A DNA stretch of 40,953 nt from Nanobdellota archaeon (GTDB lineage: Archaea > Nanobdellota > Nanobdellia > Woesearchaeales > GW2011-AR9), in NCBI GenBank assembly GCA_038044525.1, contig JBBSZV010000001.1, forward strand, positions 1 to 40,953, written 5' to 3'. Positions within the stretch are counted from its first letter, which is position 1. Each line of letters begins with the position of its first letter. The notes below the pieces were generated by a model. The model was not told the DNA's origin. It did no database searches and was given only the letters and a program-made list of their open reading frames with translations. Position numbers and translations under genes: made by a program. Shown here in pieces: positions 40,775-40,953 of the stretch.

Positions 40775-40953
40775 TAAATTCGATGATAAATACAAATTTA
40801 AAAAGATTTAGAGCTTTGAAAATAGAGTATTTACTGCTCATTTCCGATTAATATTTGACCCTATAACTCTCTGGTCTTTCCACCATCGTAGCCAAATCAG
40901 TGAAACTCCCAATCGCAGCAGAGCTGCGGGGCTTCCGCCTAAAAGTTTGACAA

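Noticed and set aside
40796-40953. Non-coding tail of the window with a CGCAGC-aga-GCTGCG hairpin (about 40914-40928) and a GGAAGCCCC-like string on the minus strand that loosely recalls SRP RNA
   Set aside because: I could not fold a tRNA cloverleaf or a convincing SRP/RNase P domain by eye, and the window ends here. It needs an Rfam/Infernal scan with more flanking sequence.
1-40953. Search for CRISPR arrays, tRNA/rRNA genes, transposases, integrases or terminal inverted repeats flanking the AT-rich islands and the operon insertions
   Set aside because: No regularly spaced repeats, T-loop/anticodon-arm patterns, or DDE/tyrosine-recombinase-like ORFs were seen. The operon insertions have no non-coding flanks that could hold element ends, so they are not called mobile elements.

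Overview
The window reads as a gene-dense archaeal chromosome segment. It probably comes from a small-genome, DPANN-like lineage, but that lineage call is an inference and was not tested. Evidence for an archaeal origin includes eukaryote/archaea-specific r-proteins (S3Ae, S4e, L14e, L19e, L32e, L34e), Pelota, aSUI1, the RNase P protein Rpp29, Nop5/fibrillarin, and TATA-like boxes about 25-28 nt upstream of many ATGs.

The core (15725-33443, minus strand) is the classical L3-L4-L23-L2-S19-L22-S3-L29-SUI1-Rpp29-S17-L14-L24-S4e-L5-S14-S8-L6-L32e-L19e-L18-S5-L30-L15-SecY cluster. That cluster is interrupted at four junctions by genes I cannot assign to any known ribosomal or translation function:
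- Three mutually homologous ~280-aa ORFs sit at L2|S19, L6|L32e and L30|L15.
- A pair of small paralogous membrane/coiled-coil ORFs sits at S17|L14.
All of these are on the same strand as the operon and are joined to their r-protein neighbours by overlaps or gaps of at most 13 nt, except a 108-nt spacer before rps19. This is the most unusual signal in the window.

Other notable content:
- An AT-rich type II R-M cassette with an AbrB-fold ORF abutting the methylase.
- An AT-rich two-gene GHKL-ATPase + STAS-like (DUF4325-like) module.
- A bacterial-type gpsA.
- A MazG-like gene wedged between nop5 and fibrillarin.
- A silent-substitution relic of the secY 3' end downstream of secY, at the place where adk normally sits.
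- A four-member family of exported two-domain proteins; three carry a lipobox-type signal and the fourth a polytopic N-terminus.
- Tandem membrane-protein paralogs.
- Low-complexity C-terminal tails on many r-proteins.

I found no rRNA, tRNA, CRISPR array, transposase or integrase. All family assignments come from motif recognition by eye, and no database search was run.
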